This document shows, piece after piece, positions 1 through 9,180 of a stretch of 32,000 bases of DNA. The notes beneath the pieces are model-generated. The model was not told the origin of the DNA. It made no database searches and saw nothing but the letters and a program-made list of their open reading frames with translations. Source of the stretch: Candidatus Saccharimonadota bacterium (GTDB taxonomy: Bacteria > Pseudomonadota > Gammaproteobacteria > Enterobacterales > Enterobacteriaceae); contig CP145874.1 of NCBI GenBank assembly GCA_041942055.1, positions 30,001 through 62,000 of the forward strand. Reading direction: 5' to 3'. Position numbers and translations under genes: made by a program. Position 1 is the stretch's first letter. Each line of letters opens with the position of its first letter.

Positions 1-351
1 ATAAATTTTTATACAGCTGCTCATAAATCTTCTGAAGATTTCACTTCTGCTGCTTTTAAAGAAGGAGATTTAGGTTGGATAACTCCAGATATGTTAGGTG
101 AACCATTAGGTTTCATTTTGTTAAATTTAAATAAAAATGATATCAGTGTTCCCATTTTTTCTCAAAATAGTTGGCACTTAATTCAACTCCAAGAAACACG
201 TAAAACCAATAAAACTGATATTCTTTTGAAAGAACGAGCATTACGCATTCTATATCAACAAAAATGGAATTTTGAAATCCAACAATGGATAAGAAAACAA
301 TCTGAAAACGCTTATGTTAAAATACTAGATACCGAATATAAATTCCATTAA
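1..351 (+). CDS. surA: Periplasmic chaperone / parvulin-type PPIase SurA, C-terminal fragment (5' end lies outside the window)
   Basis: Frame 1 is open from base 1 to the TAA at 349-351. The translation INFYTAAHKSSEDFTSAAFKEGDLGWITPDMLGEP... carries the GDLGW PPIase-domain signature of SurA. It is followed by rsmA and apaH, as in the E. coli surA cluster. Confidence 0.85.
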   Translation: MNFYTAAHKSSEDFTSAAFKEGDLGWITPDMLGEPLGFILLNLNKNDISVPIFSQNSWHLIQLQETRKTNKTDILLKERALRILYQQKWNFEIQQWIRKQSENAYVKILDTEYKFH

Positions 352-390
352 AGATTAATACGGGTTTATTTTAAGTAGTGAGGACAATTT

Positions 391-1233
391 ATGATTAATA
401 ATTCCAATATTTTTGCTCATAAAAAATTTAGTCAACATTTTCTTCATGATAAGAAGGTTATTAATAAAATAGTTGCGATTATTTCTCCTAAACCTGATGA
501 TGATAATATACTTATTGAAATAGGTTCTGGTTTAGGTGCGTTAACTCAACCTATTAGTGAATATGTTAGAAATCTCACAGCCATTGAAATTGATCGAAAT
601 TTAATAATAAATTTCCTCAAGAATAATGAGTCTCTTACAAAAAAATTAACTATCTATCAGCAAAATGTTCTAACCTTTAACTTTACTGAATTCTCACATA
701 AAAAAAGAAAAATGTTACGTGTATTTGGAAACCTACCTTATAATATTTCTACTTCTCTGTTATTTCATCTTTTTGATCATATTAAAGTCATCAAAGATAT
801 GCATTTTTTGTTACAAAAAGAGTTTGTAGATCGTATAATTGCTGTTCCAGGCTGTAAAGACTATGGCAGATTCAGTGTCATTTCACAATATTATTGTCGT
901 CCTAGTTTTATTTTTGAAATCTTACCTAAATCTTTTCAACCAAAACCTAAAGTGAAATCAGCTTTAATACGTTTAATTCCACATGATATAATGCCAAATA
1001 AAGTTAAAAACGTTAACGATTTAAATCGCATTACCAATATAGCTTTTAGCCAACGAAGAAAAATGTTACGTAATAGTATGAAGAATTTATTTTCGTCAGA
1101 ATTTTTAGAACAAATAGGCATTTTTCCTACTTTACGTGCTGAGAATATTTCAGTAGCACTTTATTGTCAATTAGCGAATTTAATGAATGGGTTGACTTCA
1201 CACTCAACAAACAGTTTCTCCCCATTTAATTAA
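391..1233 (+). CDS. rsmA: 16S rRNA (A1518/A1519) dimethyltransferase RsmA/KsgA
   Basis: 280-aa ORF with FSQHFLHD, the SAM-binding EIGSGLGALT and FGNLPYNIS motifs, collinear with E. coli KsgA. A GAGGA Shine-Dalgarno sequence lies 6 nt upstream of the ATG. Confidence 0.95.
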   Translation: MINNSNIFAHKKFSQHFLHDKKVINKIVAIISPKPDDDNILIEIGSGLGALTQPISEYVRNLTAIEIDRNLIINFLKNNESLTKKLTIYQQNVLTFNFTEFSHKKRKMLRVFGNLPYNISTSLLFHLFDHIKVIKDMHFLLQKEFVDRIIAVPGCKDYGRFSVISQYYCRPSFIFEILPKSFQPKPKVKSALIRLIPHDIMPNKVKNVNDLNRITNIAFSQRRKMLRNSMKNLFSSEFLEQIGIFPTLRAENISVALYCQLANLMNGLTSHSTNSFSPFN

Positions 1234-1257
1234 AAATGATGTATATAGGTTAATGTT

Positions 1258-2097
1258 ATGAGTACCTATTTAATTGGTGATGTTCATGGATGTTACAACG
1301 AATTATGTATCCTATTAAAGCGAGTGAATTTTGATCCTAAAAAAGATATACTTTGGTTGACTGGAGATCTTATTGCACGAGGACCTAATTCACTAAAAGT
1401 ACTACGTTATATTAGATCTTTGGAAAAATCCGTACGTTTAGTTTTAGGTAATCATGAGATTAATCTCATTGCATTATATGGAAACTATAATAAAAAAAAC
1501 AATAAGGATTTGGAAGAAATTATTAAAGCCTCAGATGCTGACGATCTTATCTATTGGTTACGTCACCAACCACTATTACAAATTGATGAAGAAAAAAAAA
1601 TTATTATGTCACATGCGGGCATTTATCCACAGTGGGATCTTAAGACTGCGAAAAAATGTGCACGAGAAGTAGAATTAATACTTGCAAGCGATAATTATAT
1701 TACTTTTTTTCATGATATGTACAATAGTAGTAATATGCTAAACAGTTGGAGCCCAAAATTAAAAGGTATTGTACGATGGCGATTTATCATGAATGTTCTA
1801 ACACGCATGCGTTATTGTTTTCCTAAAGGTCAACTAGATATGAAATGTAAAGATGCACCCTCTTATGCCCCAGCACCATTGCAACCATGGTTCTCTCTTC
1901 CTAACCGAATTTTATTATCATCAGATGATTATACTATAATTTTTGGTCATTGGGCTTCATTAAATAGTCAAGATACTACTCCAAATGGCATTATTGGTTT
2001 GGACACTGGTTGTTGTTGGGGAGGATCATTAACAATGTTATGTTGGGAAAGAAAAACCTTAATTGTTCAACCATGTTCTCTTGATAAAAACCGATAA
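1258..2097 (+). CDS. apaH: Bis(5'-nucleosyl)-tetraphosphatase (symmetrical) ApaH
   Basis: 279-aa ORF with the metallophosphatase motifs [14 protein letters not shown] and GNHE. Length and synteny after rsmA match ApaH. Confidence 0.93.
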   Translation: MSTYLIGDVHGCYNELCILLKRVNFDPKKDILWLTGDLIARGPNSLKVLRYIRSLEKSVRLVLGNHEINLIALYGNYNKKNNKDLEEIIKASDADDLIYWLRHQPLLQIDEEKKIIMSHAGIYPQWDLKTAKKCAREVELILASDNYITFFHDMYNSSNMLNSWSPKLKGIVRWRFIMNVLTRMRYCFPKGQLDMKCKDAPSYAPAPLQPWFSLPNRILLSSDDYTIIFGHWASLNSQDTTPNGIIGLDTGCCWGGSLTMLCWERKTLIVQPCSLDKNR

Positions 2098-2126
2098 AAT
2101 GTCTTTATTTGATAGCATTTATATTC

Positions 2127-3506
2127 CTATTCAGTTAATATTTCTGCATAATTATCAAATCTTGACCATTTACTATTAAAGATCAATTTTATAGATCCTA
2201 TAGGACCATTGCGTTGTTTTCCAATAAGAATTTCAGCGATACCTTTAGTATCAGTATTCTCATTATATACTTCATCTCTATAAATAAACATAACTACATC
2301 TGCATCTTGTTCAATAGATCCAGATTCACGCAAATCGGAATTGACAGGACGTTTATTAGTTCTTTGTTCTAACAAACGATTTAATTGAGATAATGCAACT
2401 ACTGGTACTTGTAATTCTTTTGCTAACGCCTTTAAAGAACGAGAAATTTCAGAAATTTCAAGAGTACGATTATTAGCAAGCGCTGGCACTCGCATAAGCT
2501 GTAAGTAATCTATCATGATAAGGCTTAATCCATTATGTTCCCTAAATATGCGTCTAGTTCGTGATCGAACCTCTATAGGAGTAAGACTTGATGAATCATC
2601 TATATACATATTAGGTTTTTCTATAAAAATTTTTATTGTGCTAGAAATACGTGCCCAGTCATTATCATTGAGTTGTCCGGTACGAATTTTAGTATGATCG
2701 ACACGTGATAAAGAGGCTAATATCCTCATCATAATCTGTTCAGATGGCATCTCAAGACTAAAAATTAGAACCGGTTTATCTTGAGTTAAAGCAGCATTTT
2801 CGCATAAGTTGATAGCAAAGGTAGTTTTTCCCATCGAGGGTCGTGCTGCAATAATGATTAAATCGGATTTCTGTAAGCCTGCAGTTTTTCTATCAAGATC
2901 ATGATAACCCGTAGAAATTCCAGTTACATTAGAATATGGCTGTTGATATAGAGATTCTATTTTAGAAATAGTATCTTCTATAATTTTATCAATACTTTTC
3001 GGTCCTTTATTTTTAGCACGTTTAGTGGCAATTTGAAAAACACGCGATTCTGCCATATCCAACAGATCGTCACTATTGAGTCCTGATAAATCATAACAAG
3101 CATCGTTAATTTCATTGGTAACTGAAATCATTTCACGTACTATGGCACGTTCACGTACAATATCAGCATATGCATTAATGTTTGCCGCACTCGGAGTATT
3201 TTTAGATAATTCAGCTAGATAAGCGAAACCTCCTACTTTTTCTAGCTTTCCTTCTTGATCTAATGATTCGGAAAGAGTAATTAAATCAATTGGCTTACCC
3301 TGTTCTATAAGACGTTGCATTTCATTAAAAATCATCCGGTGAGCATGAGTGAAAAAATCATTAGCTACTAATTTTTCAATTACATTATCCCAACGGTCAT
3401 TATCCAACATTAAGCCTCCTAATACAGATTGCTCGGCTTCTAAAGAATGCGGGGGTCGCTTAATAAGGTATCGATCAATGGATTTTGTGAATTTATTTAC
3501 TGCCAT
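2127..3506 (-). CDS. dnaB: Replicative DNA helicase DnaB
   Basis: 459-aa ORF with PPHSLEAEQSVLGGLMLD at the N-terminus, Walker A ARPSMGKTT, IDYLQLM and RESGSIEQDAD. It is collinear with E. coli DnaB over its full length. Confidence 0.97.
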   Translation of the reverse strand: MAVNKFTKSIDRYLIKRPPHSLEAEQSVLGGLMLDNDRWDNVIEKLVANDFFTHAHRMIFNEMQRLIEQGKPIDLITLSESLDQEGKLEKVGGFAYLAELSKNTPSAANINAYADIVRERAIVREMISVTNEINDACYDLSGLNSDDLLDMAESRVFQIATKRAKNKGPKSIDKIIEDTISKIESLYQQPYSNVTGISTGYHDLDRKTAGLQKSDLIIIAARPSMGKTTFAINLCENAALTQDKPVLIFSLEMPSEQIMMRILASLSRVDHTKIRTGQLNDNDWARISSTIKIFIEKPNMYIDDSSSLTPIEVRSRTRRIFREHNGLSLIMIDYLQLMRVPALANNRTLEISEISRSLKALAKELQVPVVALSQLNRLLEQRTNKRPVNSDLRESGSIEQDADVVMFIYRDEVYNENTDTKGIAEILIGKQRNGPIGSIKLIFNSKWSRFDNYAEILTE

Positions 3507-3796
3507 AATTTTTATACCAAAAATTTACTGTTATTACTACTCTCATATCTAAGTATTATACATTTAAAATACTAAGTGAGTGAAGATTAAGGTGATTATT
3601 CAATTTAAGTGTGTGATTAATTAAGAAATATGATTGTAATGAAGAATAATCCGGTTATTAGTGAATAATTATTAATATACTTTTTACTGATAAATGATAT
3701 GTTTCTTGGGATTTATGTTATTCTTTACAATCAGAAACAATCTAATGAATTTTGTATAATTACTACATGATCTTAATTATAGGGAATATGAATAAT

Positions 3797-4294
3797 ATGG
3801 CTAATAGAGGAGTAAATAAAGTAATTCTGATTGGAAATTTAGGTAAGAATCCAGAAGTTCGTTATATGACCAATGGTGGAGCAGTAACTAATTTTCCTTT
3901 AGCTACATCAGAAATATGGCGTGATAAACAAAGTGGACAGACTAAAGAGAAAACTGAATGGCATCGTATTGTTTTATTTGGAAAATTAGCTGAAATTGCT
4001 GGTGAGTTATTACAAAAAGGATCTCAAGTATATATAGAAGGATCGTTACAAACCCGTAAATGGCAAGATCATAACGGACAAGAACGATATATGACTGAAA
4101 TTATAGTGGGTGTTAATGGTACTATGCAAATAATAGGTAATCGTAAGAGTTCAATAGCAGCTGGAGCAGCAGTCAATTCAAAAAATAATTGGACACAGTC
4201 CGATCATAAAAGTCAATTGGATGAGAATAAAAATCCAATATCATCTGATAATGAATCACCAATTGATTTTGATGATGATGAGATTCCTTTTTAA
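3797..4294 (+). CDS. ssb: Single-stranded DNA-binding protein SSB
   Basis: The track ORF starts at a TTG at 3752. Homology begins at [16 protein letters not shown] (ATG 3797), which has AGGGA 11 nt upstream. The protein has an OB-fold core, a low-complexity linker and the canonical acidic tail DFDDDEIPF. Confidence 0.93.
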   Translation: MANRGVNKVILIGNLGKNPEVRYMTNGGAVTNFPLATSEIWRDKQSGQTKEKTEWHRIVLFGKLAEIAGELLQKGSQVYIEGSLQTRKWQDHNGQERYMTEIIVGVNGTMQIIGNRKSSIAAGAAVNSKNNWTQSDHKSQLDENKNPISSDNESPIDFDDDEIPF

Positions 4295-4322
4295 CTTATT
4301 CAATTCCATTTCTATTCTTTAA

Positions 4323-4347
4323 GATCCTTACTTAATACCTCAGGATC
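4323..4347 (+). terminator. Weak candidate terminator hairpin downstream of ssb
   Basis: GATCCT (4323-4328) pairs with AGGATC (4342-4347) around a 13-nt loop and is followed by the T-rich aatctttgttattttc. The stem is short, so the call is tentative. Confidence 0.25.
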
Positions 4348-4511
4348 AATCTTTGTTATTTTCAGATTAAAAAATTATTTTTACATCATTTTATTTTAAC
4401 ATATAGATAAAAATTATGTAACTTGATATTTTCTATTTAATCAATATTACACCAAATTTAAAACTTATTAAAATATGAGAATGACATGGAATCTGGTCAA
4501 CCAAAAAAATC

Positions 4512-6161
4512 ATGAACATATTTTTAAATATTCTAATTTTGATGATCTTAGTATCTTGTTCAGGAATTGCTAAACGTGTTATACCCTATCAACTTCCTTT
4601 GCCATTATTACAAATTGGTATGGGTAGCCTTATGGCATGGCCTAAGTTTGGTTTGCATATTAATTTTAATTCAGAACTATTTATGGTTTTATTTATACCT
4701 CCTTTATTATTTGTAGATGGGTGGAAAACACCTCCTAGTGAATTTATTAAACATGGACGAGAGATTGTAGGATTAGCGCTAGTTTTGGTATTATTAACAG
4801 TAGTAATAATTGGTTATCTGATCTATTGGATAGTCCCAGAAATTCAGTTATTACCTGCTTTTTGTTTAGCTGCAGTATTATCACCAACCGACGCAGTTGC
4901 TTTATCCGGAATCATTGGTGAAGGAAGAATACCTAAAAAAATTATGGCTATATTACAAGGTGAAGCATTGACGAATGATGCTTCTAGTTTAGTTGCTTTA
5001 AAATTTGCAGTAGCGGTTTCTTTAGGAGAAATGGCATTTACTTTTTCTGGAGCCATGATTGAATTTATAAAAATATTTATTGGTGGAGTAACAGCTGGAA
5101 TTGTTATAACGTTATTATATGGAAATGCTTTACGTTCTATGAGTAGATGGACGGAAGAAGATCCTGTAACGGAAATGATTTTTTTATTCTTATTACCTTT
5201 TGCATGTTCAATAATAGCAGATTGTATTGAGCTATCCGGTATCTTAGCCGCAGTAGCTGCAGGAATGACGGTATCTAAATCGGGTATTATACATAATGCT
5301 CCATTATCTATGCGTTTACGTGCTAATAGTGTTTGGTCAATGCTAGAATTTATTTTTAATGGTATGGTTTTTATTTTACTTGGATTACAATTACCCCAAA
5401 TAATAAGAAATACCTTTTATCGAATAGATATGTATACATCCATGAAATTATGGATATTACTGTTCGATATAGTATTGATTTATATAGCATTATTAGTACT
5501 TCGTTTGAGTTGGTTATTAACCATGCGATATATCAGTTGTAAGTGGATTAAAATACGTCCTCTAGAATTCAGTAGATATAGTTTACGTGAATTACTTACA
5601 GCATCGTTTGCTGGAGTTCGCGGAGCTATTACCCTTGCAGGTGTGTTATCAGTACCGCATTTTATAAATTTTAATAAAGAATTTCCTGCACGTTATGAAA
5701 TAATTTTCTTATCTACAGGGGTAATTCTATTTTCATTGTTTATGGCGATGATAGTATTACCATATCTATTACGAGGGGTTTCTACATTTGATACCTTCGT
5801 ACTAAAAAATGAAATACAAAATGCTCGTTCTATTATGGCACAAGTAGCAATTGATAGTTTATATAAAATGCAAGATAGATTAATTAATGATACTACTGAG
5901 AATATTGATTCTGAATTAATAAAGGAAGTCACTTCACGTGTCATTGGTAGTTTAAGAAGACGTTTAGATGCAGCCGAAAAAAATATTGATCATATTTTAT
6001 TCCTAGATAATTTGGAAAGACGTTTTCGCCTCACTGGTTTACGTGCTGAACGTGGAGAAGTGTATCATCTACGTGCTACTCAAAAAATTAGTGACGAAAC
6101 TATGCATAAATTATTATATGAATTAGATTTAATAGAAGCGTTATTAATAGAAAACCAGTGA
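4512..6161 (+). CDS. yjcE: CPA1-family Na+/H+ (cation/proton) exchanger, YjcE-like
   Basis: 549-aa polytopic membrane ORF with the CPA1 core motif AAVLSPTDAVA and a soluble C-terminal domain ending ...LIEALLIENQ. The length, the end-to-end similarity I recall to E. coli YjcE, and its position downstream of ssb (also nearby in E. coli) support the call. It ends at a TGA stop. Confidence 0.8.
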   Translation: MNIFLNILILMILVSCSGIAKRVIPYQLPLPLLQIGMGSLMAWPKFGLHINFNSELFMVLFIPPLLFVDGWKTPPSEFIKHGREIVGLALVLVLLTVVIIGYLIYWIVPEIQLLPAFCLAAVLSPTDAVALSGIIGEGRIPKKIMAILQGEALTNDASSLVALKFAVAVSLGEMAFTFSGAMIEFIKIFIGGVTAGIVITLLYGNALRSMSRWTEEDPVTEMIFLFLLPFACSIIADCIELSGILAAVAAGMTVSKSGIIHNAPLSMRLRANSVWSMLEFIFNGMVFILLGLQLPQIIRNTFYRIDMYTSMKLWILLFDIVLIYIALLVLRLSWLLTMRYISCKWIKIRPLEFSRYSLRELLTASFAGVRGAITLAGVLSVPHFINFNKEFPARYEIIFLSTGVILFSLFMAMIVLPYLLRGVSTFDTFVLKNEIQNARSIMAQVAIDSLYKMQDRLINDTTENIDSELIKEVTSRVIGSLRRRLDAAEKNIDHILFLDNLERRFRLTGLRAERGEVYHLRATQKISDETMHKLLYELDLIEALLIENQ

Positions 6162-6177
6162 CATTAATTTGAATGTT

Positions 6178-6777
6178 TTATTCTTGGACCGAATCGAATA
6201 TAAAATTGAATAACTGTACCAGAGCTCTTGCACGATGAGAAAAAGTATTCTTATATTTAAGATCTATTTGATTAATAGTTTTATTACATCCTATAGGAAT
6301 AAACATCGGATCATAACCAAATCCTTCAGCTGAAACATTATTAAGAATAATTTTACCGTTCCATATAGCTTCAAAAAAATTATATTGATCTAACTTATAT
6401 TTATATACGAGAATACACCTATATCTAGCAGGTGTAAATGTAAGATTATTATCTAATAAAAATTTATTGAGTTTATTACGATTTTCTTTTTCGGTAGCAT
6501 TAAGACCCGCATACCTTGCTGAATAAACTCCAGGAAGATTATTAAAATTTATTAGCTCTAAGCCAGAATCATCCGATACAACTGGAGATCTATAATACTT
6601 ATAAGCAAGATTAGCTTTAATTAAAGCATTATCCAAATAAGATTTTCCGGTTTCAGGAATACAACCAATATTTCGACTAATAGGTTCAAATTCTATAAAA
6701 AACTTGTTGGTTTTAGCTATTTGTATAAATTCTTGTAATTTCCATTTATTTAAAGTAGCTAAAATAATTTTCTTCAT
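6178..6777 (-). CDS. rdgB: dITP/XTP pyrophosphatase (Ham1/RdgB family)
   Basis: 199-aa ORF with MKKIILATLNKWK, SDDSGL, PGVYSARY, FGYDPMFIP and SHRARAL, which are the RdgB/Ham1 signatures. Confidence 0.92.
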   Translation of the reverse strand: MKKIILATLNKWKLQEFIQIAKTNKFFIEFEPISRNIGCIPETGKSYLDNALIKANLAYKYYRSPVVSDDSGLELINFNNLPGVYSARYAGLNATEKENRNKLNKFLLDNNLTFTPARYRCILVYKYKLDQYNFFEAIWNGKIILNNVSAEGFGYDPMFIPIGCNKTINQIDLKYKNTFSHRARALVQLFNFIFDSVQE

Positions 6778-6790
6778 TTGAGATACAAGA

Positions 6791-7837
6791 TTAAGAATAA
6801 ATCAACCATTCAAGATTTTTTCCTGCTAAAAATGGAACTAAGTAATCCGAACCCACTCGGATTTTATCAGGTACTATCCATGGTTTACGTATTAATTTAA
6901 TTTTTTGCTGATTTAGGGGTAAACCATAATAACGAGGACCATTTTCGGCACAAAAAGATTCCAAATATTGTAAACAATTCATTTCTTCAAATACCTTAAC
7001 ATAAGCAGCCAAAGCAGTAGGAGCATTAAATATACCTGCACAACCACATTCATTTTCTTTATTTTGGCTTAAGTGAGGAGCTGTATCGGTACCAATAAAA
7101 AATCGTGTGCAACCAGTCGCAATGGCTTCACGTAGTGCTTCTTGGTGAATAGATCTTTTTAAGATAGGTGAACAATAGAGATGTGGATGTAATCCATCCA
7201 TAAACATATGATTACGGTTGAACATCAAGTGTTGGGGTGTTATAGTCGCGGCTATATAATTATTACCTTCTATAATATACTGCACAGCCTCTTTAGTAGA
7301 AATATGCTCCAATACGATTTTTAATTTAGGAAATTTTTTACGTAAAGGATCTAATACTTGATCTATAAAAAGTGCTTCTCGATCATAGATATCAATAGTG
7401 TGATCGGATATTTCACCATGTATTAATAAAGGCATTTTGATTTCTTGAAGATTTTCTAAAAGAGGCATTATATTATTAATATTTTTAATTCCATACATGC
7501 TATTTATAGTTGTATGTGTAAAATAAAGTTTAGCTGCTATAAAAATTCCTTGAATAAAACCCCTAGTGATTTCTTTGAGATCAAAATTTTCAGTAATGTA
7601 ATAAGTCATTAAAGGTTGAAAAATATGAGAGTCAGGGACAGCAGCTATAATACGATTTCGGTAAAAAATAACACTTTCTATACTTGTTAAAGGTGGAAAA
7701 ATATTAGGCATAATAATAGCACGAGCAAAAACACTACTAGTAAAAGGAAGCACACTACGTAATAACTCATTATCTCGTAAATGAGTATGCCAGTCATCAG
7801 GACGGCGAATAATTAATTCATTGAATTTTATAGTCAT
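6791..7837 (-). CDS. pyrC: Dihydroorotase PyrC (class II)
   Basis: The track ORF extends to 7897, but homology starts at MTIKFNELIIRRPDDWHTHLRD (ATG 7837), giving 348 aa, the E. coli PyrC length. The metal-ligand motif DDWHTHLR is present. Confidence 0.93.
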   Translation of the reverse strand: MTIKFNELIIRRPDDWHTHLRDNELLRSVLPFTSSVFARAIIMPNIFPPLTSIESVIFYRNRIIAAVPDSHIFQPLMTYYITENFDLKEITRGFIQGIFIAAKLYFTHTTINSMYGIKNINNIMPLLENLQEIKMPLLIHGEISDHTIDIYDREALFIDQVLDPLRKKFPKLKIVLEHISTKEAVQYIIEGNNYIAATITPQHLMFNRNHMFMDGLHPHLYCSPILKRSIHQEALREAIATGCTRFFIGTDTAPHLSQNKENECGCAGIFNAPTALAAYVKVFEEMNCLQYLESFCAENGPRYYGLPLNQQKIKLIRKPWIVPDKIRVGSDYLVPFLAGKNLEWLIYS

Positions 7838-7972
7838 TATTTGATCCACAAGGAAAATGATGAATTTAGAATGAAAAAATTTCATACATAATAACATCTG
7901 ACTTGTAACTTTTCTACTAAGTTATAGACTTTGTTATATATAGATTGATTTTAATAATCAAACAAATCATTA

Positions 7973-8026
7973 ATAGCTTTAAAAGCTATAGCCTATTTAT
8001 ATTATAACGAGGCGTAAGTAAAAAAA
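7973..8026 (+). promoter_or_regulatory. ompA 5' leader: 17-nt perfect palindrome plus a conserved translation-initiation region
   Basis: ATAGCTTTAAAAGCTAT (7973-7989) is a perfect palindrome or hairpin. ATAACGAGGCG (8004-8014) is identical to the Shine-Dalgarno region of the E. coli ompA leader (...GATAACGAGGCGCAAAAAATG), and here it precedes an A-tract and ATG 8027. Confidence 0.5.
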
Positions 8027-9091
8027 ATGAATACAAACAAAGCTCTTACAATCGCAATCCTTGTTCTAGGATTATCTACTACTGTAGTACAAGCAGCTTA
8101 TAAAGAAAATGATTGGTATAGTGGTACTAAATTTGGTTGGTCTCAGTACCATGAGAATAGTTATAATGGAAATGGTTATATAACTAATGATGGAACAACC
8201 GATGAAAATCCATTGGGTGCAGGTGCAATATTGGGTTATCAGATTAATCCATGTTTAGGATTAGAATTAGGTTATGATTGGTTAGGTCGTATGCAAAAAA
8301 ACGGTGTTGCAATTAATGGTGCATTTCAAACCTATGGAGTACAAATGAGTACTAAAATCAGTTATCCAATCACTAGAAAAATTGATATTTATACTCGTTT
8401 AGGTGGTATGGTTTGGAGAACTAACTCTAATCAAAATAATCCGGTTTGGGGTCATATTAGTGATCACGAAACAGGTATTTCACCTTTAGGTGCAGTAGGT
8501 ATGGAGTATGCTTTATCTAAAAAAATTTCCACCCGTTTAGATTATCAATGGATTAATCAAGTTGGAGAACCTAATTCGGTTGGTATGAAGACGGACAATG
8601 GTATGTTTGGAATAGGAATTACTTATCGTTTGAATCATAATGATAATGATACTATCTTACCCCTGCCAGTTCTAAAAACCTTGGCAAAAAAAAACCAACG
8701 TTTTACTTTAAAGTCGGAGGTGTTATTTAATTTTGATGATGCAAAACTAAAATCTGAAGGTAAAGACGAATTAAATAAATTATATTCTAAAATCAGATCT
8801 CTGCATCCAACAGATAGTACCACTATTGTTATAGGTTATACCGATAATATTGGATCAGAATATTATAATCAAAAACTCTCTGAAAAACGTGCTAAAGTTG
8901 TTGCTGATTATCTAATCTCTAAAGGAATATTAGCTAATAAAATTTTAGTATATGGTAGAGGAGAAATGGATTCCATTGCAGATCATCATTGTAATAAGAT
9001 CAAAGATCGTAATTCTTTAATTCAATGCTTATCATCCGATCGACGTGTAGAAATTGAAGTCGAAGGCATCACAACTCAACCACTTGCTTAA
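8027..9091 (+). CDS. ompA: Outer membrane protein A (beta-barrel plus peptidoglycan-binding OmpA-C domain)
   Basis: 354-aa ORF with signal peptide ...TTVVQA/AYKENDWYSGTKFGWSQYH (E. coli has APKDNTWYTGAKLGWSQYH). The C-terminal domain has GYTDNIGSEYYNQKLSEKRA, a conserved Cys pair (CNKIKDRNSLIQC) and DRRVEIEV. Confidence 0.96.
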   Translation: MNTNKALTIAILVLGLSTTVVQAAYKENDWYSGTKFGWSQYHENSYNGNGYITNDGTTDENPLGAGAILGYQINPCLGLELGYDWLGRMQKNGVAINGAFQTYGVQMSTKISYPITRKIDIYTRLGGMVWRTNSNQNNPVWGHISDHETGISPLGAVGMEYALSKKISTRLDYQWINQVGEPNSVGMKTDNGMFGIGITYRLNHNDNDTILPLPVLKTLAKKNQRFTLKSEVLFNFDDAKLKSEGKDELNKLYSKIRSLHPTDSTTIVIGYTDNIGSEYYNQKLSEKRAKVVADYLISKGILANKILVYGRGEMDSIADHHCNKIKDRNSLIQCLSSDRRVEIEVEGITTQPLA

Positions 9092-9135
9092 TTATTATCA
9101 ATATTTGGTTTTTTTTGAGACTTTAAGAAGAGTTT

Positions 9136-9160
9136 AACCCCCGTTATCGTATCGGGGGTT
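9136..9160 (+). terminator. GC-rich hairpin between the convergent ompA and guaA genes; likely rho-independent terminator of ompA
   Basis: AACCCCCG (9136-9143) and CGGGGGTT (9153-9160) form a perfect 8-bp stem around a 9-nt loop, followed by TTTATGTT. The hairpin starts 45 nt after the ompA stop and is the strongest GC stem I saw in this AT-rich window. Confidence 0.6.
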
Positions 9161-9180
9161 TATGTTCCAATCAAGTAACG

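Noticed and set aside
3526-3545. LexA-box-like TACTGTTATTACTACTCTCA in the dnaB|ssb spacer (E. coli ssb has an SOS box).
   Set aside because: Only the CTGT half-site matches. The distal half reads CTCT instead of ACAG. A single half-site in AT-rich DNA is not evidence for SOS regulation.
3752-3796. N-terminal extensions of track ORFs: ssb from TTG 3752, pyrC to 7897, guaB to 12254, ispG to 18191, hscB from GTG 22414 and iscR from TTG 24885.
   Set aside because: Homology to the E. coli proteins starts at internal ATG codons (3797, 7837, 12239, 18161, 22366, 24873). Several of these have better Shine-Dalgarno sequences. The extensions are hydrophobic or low-complexity translations of A/T-rich upstream DNA, and the hscB extension would overlap iscA.
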